Assembly: GCA_003242315.2 (NCBI GenBank)
Contig: QGUY02000003.1
Span: 141 to 64,140 of the forward strand
Source: Bacteroidota bacterium
Lineage (GTDB): Bacteria > Bacteroidota > Bacteroidia > Cytophagales > Cyclobacteriaceae
Direction of reading: 5' to 3'
Length of the DNA stretch: 64,000 nucleotides
A program made the translations under genes and the position numbers. The notes under the pieces are model-generated. The model worked only from the letters and a program-made list of their open reading frames with translations. It ran no database searches and was not told the DNA's origin. Positions 28,086-36,770 of this stretch are shown here, in pieces (positions within the stretch are counted from its first letter, which is position 1; each line of letters opens with the position of its first letter).

Positions 28086-29378
28086 TTGCACAATATTGCC
28101 ACAACCATGGCTGTAGAGCAGAAAGATTCGATCCTTTCCCAGGACACCTTTCGCCAGATTTTCCAGAATTCTGCCGAGGGAATCATTATTGTTAATGAGG
28201 AGGGTCGGATATTTCTGGCCAACCCGGTTGCGGAAAAGATGTTCGGCTATGAGCCCGGGGAGCTGGTGAACATGCACCTCGGCAAACTCCTGCCCGAACG
28301 ATTTCGCGCCCGCCATGCCGTCTACCGCGAGCAGTTCTTTCAGGATCCCCGCCCCCGTCGAATGGGTGTAGGTCGCGATCTGCTGGCCGCCCGAAAGGAC
28401 GGCACAGAATTTCCCGTTGAGGTCAGTCTCAGCAGCGTCACCATCGATGGCCATTCCCTGGTGATCGCCTTCATCATCGACATAACGCTGCGCAAGAAAT
28501 CAGAAGAAGCCCTGAGAAAGAGTGAGGAACAGCTCATCATCTACGCTGCCGAGCTTGAACGAAAGGTCAAGTCGCGAACCGAAGCACTCGACAAAACCAT
28601 CCGGGAGTTGGAAAAGCTGAATAAGGATCTCGAAGAGCAAATACAGGAACGCCGACGTGCTGAAGAGGAAGCCAAGAAAGCCCTTCAGAGAGAACGCGAA
28701 GTGAACGAGCTCAAGACGAAGTTCGTTTCGATGGCTTCCCATGAATTCCGGACACCGCTGAGTTCTGTGTTAAGCTCCGCATCGCTGATCAGGAAGTATA
28801 GGGACAAGGGCGACTTGTCCCGCATCGACAAGCACATCGACCGAATCAAGTCGTCCGTCAACCACCTTACAAACATCCTGAACGATTTCCTTTCACTAGG
28901 CAAGCTTGAAGAGGGCAAGGTGGAAGTGCTATCCGAAGAAATCGACGTCGAAGAAATTTTCGAAGATATCGTTGAGGAACTGAGACTCACCCTGAAGCCG
29001 GGTCAGGAGATCAAGATCAGCTGCGAAGGATCCAAACGCAGAATCCAATCAGACCCCAAGGTACTCAGAAACATCACCTTCAACCTGGTGTCCAACGCCA
29101 GCAAGTACTCGGACGAAGGCAAAACCATATACCTGGGCCTGACCTTTGATCCCGACCGGCTCCGCATTTCGGTACGTGACGAAGGTGTGGGCATTCCCGA
29201 AGACGAGGCGAAACACATTTTCGAGCGGTTTTACAGGGCCAGCAACGTGTCAAACATTCAGGGTACCGGTCTTGGCCTGAACATTGTAAAGCGCTACGTG
29301 GGCCTGCTGAATGGCACCATTGATTTTAGCTCGGAATTCGGAAAAGGTAGTACCTTTACTGTGACGCTGCCCTGCTGA
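28086..29378 (+). CDS. PAS sensor histidine kinase with FixL-like heme-PAS pocket
   Basis: PAS segment LLPERFRARHAVYREQFFQDPRPRRMGVGRDLLAARKDGTEFPVEVSLS, a coiled coil, H-box SHEFRTPL, and HATPase boxes NLVSNASKYS, DEGVGIP and GTGLGLNIVK. The start may be ATG 28107. Confidence 0.85.
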   Translation: MHNIATTMAVEQKDSILSQDTFRQIFQNSAEGIIIVNEEGRIFLANPVAEKMFGYEPGELVNMHLGKLLPERFRARHAVYREQFFQDPRPRRMGVGRDLLAARKDGTEFPVEVSLSSVTIDGHSLVIAFIIDITLRKKSEEALRKSEEQLIIYAAELERKVKSRTEALDKTIRELEKLNKDLEEQIQERRRAEEEAKKALQREREVNELKTKFVSMASHEFRTPLSSVLSSASLIRKYRDKGDLSRIDKHIDRIKSSVNHLTNILNDFLSLGKLEEGKVEVLSEEIDVEEIFEDIVEELRLTLKPGQEIKISCEGSKRRIQSDPKVLRNITFNLVSNASKYSDEGKTIYLGLTFDPDRLRISVRDEGVGIPEDEAKHIFERFYRASNVSNIQGTGLGLNIVKRYVGLLNGTIDFSSEFGKGSTFTVTLPC

Positions 29379-29396
29379 TCCAGAACCATTTTAGAC

Positions 29397-30458
29397 ATGA
29401 AGAAGATACTCCTTATCGAAGACAACGCGGAGGTACGCGAGAACACCAGCGAAATCCTTGAGCTTGCCAATTACGAGGTCATCACAGCAGAAAACGGAAA
29501 GATTGGCGTTGAGCTGGCGCAAAAAGAACTTCCCGACCTGATCATCTGCGACATCATGATGCCGGAGCTGGATGGCTATGGCGTTCTTCACATCCTGGGA
29601 AAAAAAGCAGAAACCGCGCGGATACCATTCATATTCCTTACGGCAAAAACCGAAAAGAGCGACATCCGAAAAGGCATGACGCTCGGCGCGGATGACTATC
29701 TCACCAAACCGTTCGACGACACCGACCTTCTGAATGCGGTTGAGGCGCGTTTGCGCAAGAGTGAGTTCCAGCGCAGCGACTATGAACCTTCCACGGAAGG
29801 ACTTGACCGCTTCATCAACGACGCACAACGGGCGCTGAATCTCAAGGACCTTTGCAAAGACAGAAAGGTAAAGCGCTACAAGAAGAAAGCTGAAATATAC
29901 TCCGAGTCGGAAACACCGCTTTACCTGTTCTACATCGTCTCAGGAAGCGTAAAGGAATTCAAATCGCATCCCGACGGAAAAGAGCTAATTACAAACATCT
30001 ACAAAGAGAACGATTTCTTCGGATTTGAACCGCTGCTGGACAACGGCATCTACCACGAATCGGCTATTGCCATGGAGGACACCGAACTGACGCTGATTCC
30101 GAAGGCCGACTTTCTTACGCTCGTACATGCACGTCCGGATATTTCGGCGACTTTCATTTCTCTGCTGTGCAAGAAGGTGGCCGATAAGGAAGATCAACTC
30201 CTCCACCTGGCATACAATTCTGTCAGACAACGTACTGCAGAAGCGTTGTTGCGCGTCTGGAACTTCAAGAATTCGAAAGAAGTTATTAGTGTGTCGCGGG
30301 AAGACCTCGCGAAGCTTGTAGGGACTGCGTCAGAGTCGGTGATCCGGGTGTTGTCAGATTTCCGTGAAGAGGGCATCATCGACGTCATAAGCGGCAAAAT
30401 CAAGGTCAAGCATCCCGAAAAGCTGGAGAAGGTGATTCGCTGGAGTGTCGCCCGCTGA
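29397..30458 (+). CDS. Response regulator fused to a Crp/Fnr-type cNMP-binding + HTH module
   Basis: REC domain (KILLIEDN, DLIICDIMMPELDG, FLTAK), then a beta-barrel (LFYIVSGSVKEF...NDFFGFEPLL) and an HTH (SREDLAKLVGTASESVIRVLSDFREEGII). Confidence 0.85.
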   Translation: MKKILLIEDNAEVRENTSEILELANYEVITAENGKIGVELAQKELPDLIICDIMMPELDGYGVLHILGKKAETARIPFIFLTAKTEKSDIRKGMTLGADDYLTKPFDDTDLLNAVEARLRKSEFQRSDYEPSTEGLDRFINDAQRALNLKDLCKDRKVKRYKKKAEIYSESETPLYLFYIVSGSVKEFKSHPDGKELITNIYKENDFFGFEPLLDNGIYHESAIAMEDTELTLIPKADFLTLVHARPDISATFISLLCKKVADKEDQLLHLAYNSVRQRTAEALLRVWNFKNSKEVISVSREDLAKLVGTASESVIRVLSDFREEGIIDVISGKIKVKHPEKLEKVIRWSVAR

Positions 30459-30487
30459 CCGTTGGGTGTAACAACGGAACGGTTTTC
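30459..30487 (+). terminator. Weak hairpin terminator after the regulator gene
   Basis: ccgttg / ggtgtaa / caacgg, followed after 5 nt by TTTT. Confidence 0.3.
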
Positions 30488-30523
30488 GCTACTAATTCGT
30501 CAGGATACTAACAATCCCTTACT

Positions 30524-31111
30524 ATGAAAAAAATACTGGTCATCGGCGCTGTCATCGTAGGCGCTATCATCCTCTACCGTCTGTTCGCCGGAACGTATAA
30601 CAACCTCGTTTCCAGAGAACAAGATGTGGAAGCGCAATGGGCTCAGGTAGAGAACGTTTACAAACGCAGGGCTGACCTGATTCCCAACCTGGTCAATACG
30701 GTAAAGGGGTATGCGGACTTTGAGCAGGAAACGCTGACCCGCGTGATCGAAGCGCGTGCAAAAGCTACGTCGATAACCGTCGACCCTAACGAACTCACGC
30801 CTGAAAAGGTGGCCGAGTTCCAGCAAGCGCAGAGCGAACTGTCAACCGCCCTGGGCCGTCTTCTGGTCAGTGTGGAACGGTATCCTGACCTTAAGGCCAA
30901 TCAAAACTTTCTCGACCTGCAGACTCAATTGGAAGGGACGGAGAACCGAATTGCAGTAGAGCGTATGAAGTTTAACGAAACCGTTAGGTCGTACAATACT
31001 TACGTGAAAACATTTCCGCGCAACCTGTTGGCTAGCATGTACGGCTTCGAGGAACGGGGCTATTTCGACGCGAGCCCGGAAGACGAGCAAGTACCTCAGG
31101 TACAATTCTGA
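30524..31111 (+). CDS. LemA family protein
   Basis: N-terminal TM helix, then QWAQVENVYKRRADLIPNLV and ERYPDLKAN motifs. Confidence 0.85.
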   Translation: MKKILVIGAVIVGAIILYRLFAGTYNNLVSREQDVEAQWAQVENVYKRRADLIPNLVNTVKGYADFEQETLTRVIEARAKATSITVDPNELTPEKVAEFQQAQSELSTALGRLLVSVERYPDLKANQNFLDLQTQLEGTENRIAVERMKFNETVRSYNTYVKTFPRNLLASMYGFEERGYFDASPEDEQVPQVQF

Positions 31112-31114
31112 TCG

Positions 31115-31552
31115 ATGGCAAGGGATTTTTTCACAATTACGGAACGACAACAAATTCGGCAGGCAATCATTGACGCTGAACAGAAGACAACCGGTGAAAT
31201 CCAGGTTCACCTCGAAGGCCATGCCATGAAGCCTGTGGCGGAACGCGCGGTGGAGGTCTTCAACATACTTGGCGTGTCGAAGACAAAAGCCCGTAATGGC
31301 GTACTGTTTTACCTCGCATTTAAAGATCGCAAATTTGCTGTACTTGGCGACCAAGGCATTGACAAGGTCGTGCCTCCCGGCTTCTGGGATCAGATTCGCG
31401 CACATATGGAAAACCTCTTTCGCCAGGGCCGATTCACGGATGGTCTATGTGATGGAATCCGGATGACCGGAGAGCAATTGGCGAAATATTTTCCGATCAC
31501 ACGAGACGACAAGAACGAACTTCCCGATGATATTTCGTTTGGCAACCAATAG
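31115..31552 (+). CDS. TPM-domain protein (small, cytoplasmic type)
   Basis: FTITERQQIRQAIIDAEQKTTGEIQV...NGVLFYLAFKDRKFAVLGD. Confidence 0.75.
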   Translation: MARDFFTITERQQIRQAIIDAEQKTTGEIQVHLEGHAMKPVAERAVEVFNILGVSKTKARNGVLFYLAFKDRKFAVLGDQGIDKVVPPGFWDQIRAHMENLFRQGRFTDGLCDGIRMTGEQLAKYFPITRDDKNELPDDISFGNQ

Positions 31553-31556
31553 CCGC

Positions 31557-32348
31557 ATGATACGAGCTCTTATTCCTTTGCTTTTGCTGGTATCTGCGGC
31601 TATTGCCCAGGACGTTCCACCGGCACCCAACCCTCCACGGCTGGTTAACGACTTTGCCGGTGTGCTGAGCGCATCGGATAAAGCCGCCCTTGAACGAAAA
31701 CTCAATGCTTACCACGACACAACATCAACACAGATTGCCGTGGTGATCGTAAAAGACCTGGGCGGTTACGACGTGATGGACTATGCCTATCGCATCGGCG
31801 AAGTGTGGGGTGTGGGTCAGAAAGGAAAGAACAACGGTGTGGTGGTGTTGGTGGCCATCGACGATCGCAAGGCAGCCATTGCTACCGGCTATGGTTTGGA
31901 AAGTGTCATCCCTGACATTGCCACGCGACACATTCGCGAGAACCAGATGAACCCGAACTTCCGCGAGGGCAATTTTTATAAGGGCCTTGATGAGGCCACC
32001 ACAACGCTGATGAAGCTCGCATCCGGTGAGTTTACCGCCGATGACATGAGACAGGAAGTTCCTCCCGGCGTGGTTATCGGCATGGCCGTCTTTTTCGTCA
32101 TCATGGTCATAATGATCATCGTGTTTATCGCTGCTGTGAGTCGCAGGAAAAATCACATCGGTAGCAAGGGCCTCGACTTCTGGACAGCCCTGTGGCTTAT
32201 GAGCCATATGGGCCGGGGCAATCGCGGAGGCGGATCCGGATGGGGTGGCGGCTCCGGATGGGGCGGTTTCGGCGGTGGCTCAGGTGGCGGATTTGGCGGA
32301 TTTGGCGGCGGTAGTTTTGGTGGCGGCGGATCGGGTGGAAGCTGGTAA
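31557..32348 (+). CDS. TPM-domain membrane protein (YgcG-like) with Gly-rich tail
   Basis: Signal peptide, TPM core (VNDFAGVLS...QIAVVIV...NNGVVVLVAIDDRKAAIATGYG), a TM helix, and a C-terminal GGGSGWGGGSGWGGFGGGSGGGFGGFGGG tail. Start moved to ATG 31557. Confidence 0.8.
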   Translation: MIRALIPLLLLVSAAIAQDVPPAPNPPRLVNDFAGVLSASDKAALERKLNAYHDTTSTQIAVVIVKDLGGYDVMDYAYRIGEVWGVGQKGKNNGVVVLVAIDDRKAAIATGYGLESVIPDIATRHIRENQMNPNFREGNFYKGLDEATTTLMKLASGEFTADDMRQEVPPGVVIGMAVFFVIMVIMIIVFIAAVSRRKNHIGSKGLDFWTALWLMSHMGRGNRGGGSGWGGGSGWGGFGGGSGGGFGGFGGGSFGGGGSGGSW

Positions 32349-32822
32349 CGCATCTTCATCCTCCCTGCCGTTTAGCTGGCCTTCTATCTGGTTTGCATTC
32401 TTAACGTTAATCAGCATGAACGTGGCGAGCGCACCCGACAACGATCCTTCCGCAATGAGCGCACAGGCGACGAGGTAAGGATTAAGGTATTCTCCAAGAG
32501 GCGCCTTCTGCCTTACCGTTTCCATCAATGCGGGATCTAGGAACTGGATGTAGAAGAAAATAAAAACGGCAAACACCACTGTGCCGATAGCGGTTGTGAA
32601 AAAGCCAAACATGAAGGCCTGAAGGTAGTTGAATTGCTTGTTAATGTCGCGCTCCCGGAAGGTTTTGAAAGCACGATACAATACGGCAAGCACGATGAAG
32701 AAATTCAACACGCGGAGTTCGGTGATGTGGGTAAGTCCCAGAATCTTCGTGATCAGAAAGTAAATGATCAGTCCGGCTGTCATTGTCAGCCCATACCGCA
32801 GTTCAGGTCGCATGGATTTCAT
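32280..32822 (-). CDS. Multi-pass membrane protein (DUF4199-like)
   Basis: Four hydrophobic segments in 180 aa. The 3' end overlaps the converging TPM gene by 69 nt. Confidence 0.55.
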   Translation of the reverse strand: MKSMRPELRYGLTMTAGLIIYFLITKILGLTHITELRVLNFFIVLAVLYRAFKTFRERDINKQFNYLQAFMFGFFTTAIGTVVFAVFIFFYIQFLDPALMETVRQKAPLGEYLNPYLVACALIAEGSLSGALATFMLINVKNANQIEGQLNGREDEDALPASTRSAATKTTAAKSAKSAT

Positions 32823-33011
32823 AGCCGTATCCTTTATTGGTTCTACGTGGATATAATGACAAATTCCCTACCAAAGGATCAGAAGCGCCCGAAAGGCGTC
32901 AGTGGAGACTATCAGGTCCGGGATGACGTGGAAAATCATCCTCTCATTATTCCCCACTGATGGACGTAGACCGACCCATGCGCTCATTCACTGATTTCAT
33001 TACCTTGTAAT

Positions 33012-33488
33012 ATGGACACATTCCTGCAAATCCTCGGCGCACTGCTGGTACTTGGCGGTATCATCGGCAGTGTTCTGCCATTTCTTCCGGGCCCTCCCCT
33101 GGCGTATGTCGGATTGTTGGTACAGCAGCTTAAGAGTGATCCGCCTTATACAATAAAGTTTCTTCTCATCTGGGCTGCGATAACAATAGTTGTATCCGTC
33201 CTGGATTATTTGGTCCCGCTCTATGGCACGAAAAAATTTGGCGGCAGCAAGTATGGAATGTGGGGTTGTACGATTGGACTAATCGTCGGCTTGTTCTTCC
33301 CGCCATGGGGACTTATCGCCGGCCCATTCATCGGCGCATTCGTGGGTGAGTTGGTTGCGAACAATCAATCAGACCTGGCGCTTCGGGCCGCATTTGGATC
33401 CTTCATTGGTTTCCTGTTTGGTACCCTTCTGAAACTCGTGGCTTGTTTCATGATGGGCTGGTACCTCATTAAGCCGTGGTTGCAGTAG
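33012..33488 (+). CDS. DUF456-like membrane protein
   Basis: 158 aa, almost entirely hydrophobic helices. Motif GSVLPFLPGPPL near the N-terminus. Confidence 0.6.
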   Translation: MDTFLQILGALLVLGGIIGSVLPFLPGPPLAYVGLLVQQLKSDPPYTIKFLLIWAAITIVVSVLDYLVPLYGTKKFGGSKYGMWGCTIGLIVGLFFPPWGLIAGPFIGAFVGELVANNQSDLALRAAFGSFIGFLFGTLLKLVACFMMGWYLIKPWLQ

Positions 33489-33494
33489 GTGCCA

Positions 33495-34382
33495 TCATTT
33501 GAACGTCCTACCCGGAACAGCCGTCCGGAACTTCTCCATTCCCTTTCTATCCTGCAAGGTCACGAACACCGTCTTACCATCGGCACCACCAAATACGAGG
33601 TTGCTGCAACGCTTACCCGTCAGCGGAATTTCCCGTATCAATTGACCTTGAGGGGATAATACAGCGATCACGCCCTTGCCGTACCTGGTGACGTAGAGAT
33701 TTCCATCCCTGTCGCACTTCATGCCGTCGAATCCATAGTCGTCGAATGAAGCGAATAGTCGCTTGTTGCTGATGTTTCCTTTGCGGTCGACGTCGAAGGC
33801 CCAGATTTTGCGCTGAACACTCTCGTTGACGTACAGAATATTTTCGTCAGGGTTGAGTTCGATTCCATTTGTAGTACCCATGTCGTCCGTAAGGAGAACA
33901 GCCTTCCCTCCCCTGTCGATGCGCCACAGCTTGCCTGTCCCGTTACTCCAGTTGGGATCTGAAACGAAAAGCTGCCCGCGGCGATTGATGCAGAGATCAT
34001 TGGGCTGATTGAATTGATCGTTATGAACATAGACGCTTACGGCCTTGGTCTTCATATCGACATGCAGGACGTTGTGTCCTGTGAAGTCGGCCAGATACAT
34101 ATTCCCCTTGCGATTAAATTGAATGCTGTTTGCCGTACTTCCTTCCGGAAGGGAAACGAACAATTCAACGGAACCATCGGATGCTACCTTTCCGATGGTA
34201 CCGTCGCGCTCGAAATTCACTACGTATAGATTTCCGTTCTTGTCGACAGCAGGACCCTCAATGTTGGTTGAAAACAGGTTCTCGGCTGTATGATCCACAC
34301 TCTCATACAGCGTGGCTTCGAACGACTGACCAGGACTAACAAGGGCGGAGCTTAAGAGTCCGCACAGCGCCACATACTTCAT
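33495..34382 (-). CDS. SMP-30/gluconolactonase/LRE-family beta-propeller
   Basis: Signal peptide and repeated blade motifs (GPAVDKNGNLYVV, PNDLCINRRGQLFVSD, NGIELNPDENILYV, DGMKCDRDGNLYV). Confidence 0.8.
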   Translation of the reverse strand: MKYVALCGLLSSALVSPGQSFEATLYESVDHTAENLFSTNIEGPAVDKNGNLYVVNFERDGTIGKVASDGSVELFVSLPEGSTANSIQFNRKGNMYLADFTGHNVLHVDMKTKAVSVYVHNDQFNQPNDLCINRRGQLFVSDPNWSNGTGKLWRIDRGGKAVLLTDDMGTTNGIELNPDENILYVNESVQRKIWAFDVDRKGNISNKRLFASFDDYGFDGMKCDRDGNLYVTRYGKGVIAVLSPQGQLIREIPLTGKRCSNLVFGGADGKTVFVTLQDRKGMEKFRTAVPGRTFK

Positions 34383-34450
34383 AGTTGTAATTGGTTTGGA
34401 GAAACAATATATAAATTATGAACGATGGCGCGTTGCCGTTCAGGGAAAAC

Positions 34451-34475
34451 AAAAAACCCCGACTCAATGTCGGGG
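34451..34475 (-). terminator. Rho-independent terminator
   Basis: ccccgac / tcaat / gtcgggg hairpin followed on the minus strand by TTTTTT. Lies about 34 nt downstream of the stop at 34509. Confidence 0.8.
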
Positions 34476-34508
34476 CTTTCATGATCTATGTATACGAGGG
34501 GTCGTTGC

Positions 34509-35093
34509 TTAGAAGCTGGCGCTTGTAGTCTTACCGTTCTTGTCGGTAACGGCGATTGTCACCTTACCGCTCGGTTTTACGGCATAGATTCTGGCGAAGT
34601 CGTCGGCAAGTGTGTTTCGCTCTCTGTAGATGAGCTTGTCGTCTTGATAGATTTGCAGCGAAATGCTCTCATCTTCAGTATCATTTCCCTTGGCTACTGA
34701 GACCAGGAACTTACCGTCTTCGTTAACAAGTTTAGAAATATGCACGAAGGCGCTGGGCTCAACCTTAGGGAAGTGGTTGATGGTTACAGTCTCGCGCGAC
34801 TTGCCGTTCACGATCTCCACTGTATAGACGCCAGCATCAAGACCCTTGAAGTTCAACGGTTGAATAAAACCGCGACCTTCTATGGTGTGAGTGAAGATGC
34901 GTGTCCGGTTCTGATCATAAATGTTCAGTTTGATTTTACCGGCCTTTTCGGATTCGTATACCACCTTGTACGTTGTATTATCTCTCAAGGGGATCGCCGC
35001 CAGGCCGTACTTATCACCCGGCTTGTTGGCAAATGCCGAAGCCGATACTCCAAGCACAAGAAGTGCAGCAACAAAAATTGAATTCGTTTTCAT
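34509..35093 (-). CDS. Secreted two-domain beta-rich hypothetical protein
   Basis: Signal peptide MKTNSIFVAALLVLGVSASAFA and 194 aa. The ORF-track extension up to 35582 has no protein-like character. Confidence 0.6.
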   Translation of the reverse strand: MKTNSIFVAALLVLGVSASAFANKPGDKYGLAAIPLRDNTTYKVVYESEKAGKIKLNIYDQNRTRIFTHTIEGRGFIQPLNFKGLDAGVYTVEIVNGKSRETVTINHFPKVEPSAFVHISKLVNEDGKFLVSVAKGNDTEDESISLQIYQDDKLIYRERNTLADDFARIYAVKPSGKVTIAVTDKNGKTTSASF

Positions 35094-35118
35094 TCTAGTT
35101 TTAAATGTTTTGACTTTA

Positions 35119-35126
35119 CAAATGTA
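35119..35126 (-). promoter_or_regulatory. Candidate -7 promoter box
   Basis: The plus strand reads CAAATGTA, which is TACATTTG on the minus strand (TAnnTTTG). It lies 26 nt upstream of ATG 35093. Confidence 0.35.
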
Positions 35127-35537
35127 CGGGCTTAGGCAGGTAAGGTTTTCCCGTTGTAAGGAAAGCAATCGTATTTCAGATAATATCGATTGCAGTGGAA
35201 CTAACGTAATCGCCACAGGCAGGTTACAAGAGTGTTGCAAAATTATTTTGATATCTGGATACAATGATGCGCTACCCTTCTGCAATCGTATTCGCGTCAT
35301 CGCAGACATTGATCCCCGAACACCTGCTGTTTCGAAATCGGACGGTAACCTCTTTGCGGTGGGGTTTTCAAGAGAAATTCGGCTACCATGTAAGTTTGGC
35401 ATTGACTTAGCCTGGAGTAAAGACAATATATTAGATGCAAACGCGTGCGCCACTAAACGTTTGGTTGGCGAGTAACAATGGATTCGAATAGCAAGCGCAT
35501 GTTTCCAATACCTCGTTGCAGGATTTCGTGTATTTTT

Positions 35538-35551
35538 TACGCAATGGGTTG
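35538..35551. promoter_or_regulatory. Degenerate copy of the LacI-type operator
   Basis: tacgcaatgggttg compared with the consensus tacgcaatcggttg: one mismatch in 14. Confidence 0.3.
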
Positions 35552-35633
35552 TTTTGATGGAACGCTCAAAAGGCTCGCCCATTCCGTTAATTCTGCGGTA
35601 ATTGGCGTGAGGGGGTCAATAAATTGTTATATT

Positions 35634-35649
35634 TACGCAATCGGTTGCG
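35634..35649. promoter_or_regulatory. LacI-type palindromic operator (TACGCAATCGGTTGCG)
   Basis: Identical over 16 nt to the reverse complement of the site at 43302-43319. Lies 72 nt upstream of the LacI gene start at 35721. Confidence 0.5.
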
Positions 35650-35720
35650 CTGAACGTTGGGGATCGGTGACAAGCGGGATGGAGGGCGTTCCCGCCGAGA
35701 TCTGACAAACGGATATTACC

Positions 35721-36755
35721 ATGAAGCAAAAGAAACGGGAGATCACCATATACGACATCGCCAGTGAACTCAATGTCTCTCCCTCCACTGTTTCCCGTGC
35801 CCTCAAGGACCACTACAGCATTGGCAAAGAGATGATCGAAGCGGTAAAGAAGCTCGCCCGCGAGCGCGGATACCGCCCTAACCACATTGCAGCCAGCCTG
35901 CGAAAGAACAAGACCAATACCATCGGCGTGATGATCTCATGGATCAACCGCCCTTTCATCTCATCCATGATCAGCGGGATCGAAGAAGAAGCGAGCAATG
36001 CTGGCTGCAACGTCATCATCTCGCAGTCGCACGACAGCTACGAACATGAGATCGCCAACGCGCGTGCACTGTACAACAGCCGCATCGGTGGTTTGATCGT
36101 CTCCCTGGCGATGGAGACGAGGAAGTACAATCACTTCTCAACGTTTCTTGAGAACGATATACCCGTCGTATTCGTCGACCGCGTTACAGACGACTTGAAT
36201 TGCGACAAGGTTGTCATTGACAACTTCGCTGCCGGTCTCATGGCAACCAATCACCTGATAGAACAGGGCTGCAAGCGCATCGCCCACATCGGTGGCGCGC
36301 AACACAGAAGTATATACAAGCAACGCGCGGAAGGGTACATGGAAGCACTCCGGAGAAACAACATGGAGATCGACGAAAGTCTCATGCTCAGCGGTGTCAT
36401 GCTGAACTCCGAAGAGGGCTACCGCATGACAGAACATCTGATGAGTCTCCCAAATCCTCCCGACGCCATCTTCTCAGCGAACGACACCGCCGCCGTGAGT
36501 GCCATTCAATACGCTAAGCACAACGGAATAAAGATTCCGCAAAAGCTGGCGGTAATGGGCTTCAATAACGATCCCATCTCGCTCATTATCGATCCTCCGC
36601 TCTCTACGGTTTCTCACCCCGCGGTCGACATGGGTAAGATCGCGGCACGTCAGGTACTAAAACACCGTGAACACAAAGACATCATTACGTCGGAAACAAT
36701 CACCCTGAAGACCGACCTCATCATTCGGGAATCAACTCTCAGAAAGAAACGCTGA
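35721..36755 (+). CDS. LacI-family transcriptional regulator (paralog 1)
   Basis: HTH ITIYDIASELNVSPSTVSRALKD followed by a periplasmic-binding-protein-like core (TIGVMIS, DIPVVFVDR, FSANDTAA). Confidence 0.9.
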   Translation: MKQKKREITIYDIASELNVSPSTVSRALKDHYSIGKEMIEAVKKLARERGYRPNHIAASLRKNKTNTIGVMISWINRPFISSMISGIEEEASNAGCNVIISQSHDSYEHEIANARALYNSRIGGLIVSLAMETRKYNHFSTFLENDIPVVFVDRVTDDLNCDKVVIDNFAAGLMATNHLIEQGCKRIAHIGGAQHRSIYKQRAEGYMEALRRNNMEIDESLMLSGVMLNSEEGYRMTEHLMSLPNPPDAIFSANDTAAVSAIQYAKHNGIKIPQKLAVMGFNNDPISLIIDPPLSTVSHPAVDMGKIAARQVLKHREHKDIITSETITLKTDLIIRESTLRKKR

Positions 36756-36770
36756 ACATGTATTTGTACT

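Noticed and set aside
32153-32359. 68-aa proline-rich minus-strand ORF
   Set aside because: It is the mirror image of the Gly-rich (GGN) tail of the TPM protein, so it is a compositional artefact.
35094-35582. N-terminal 163-aa extension of the ORF-track entry 34509..35582
   Set aside because: The extension does not look protein-like. A good signal peptide begins at ATG 35093, with a -7 box 26 nt upstream.
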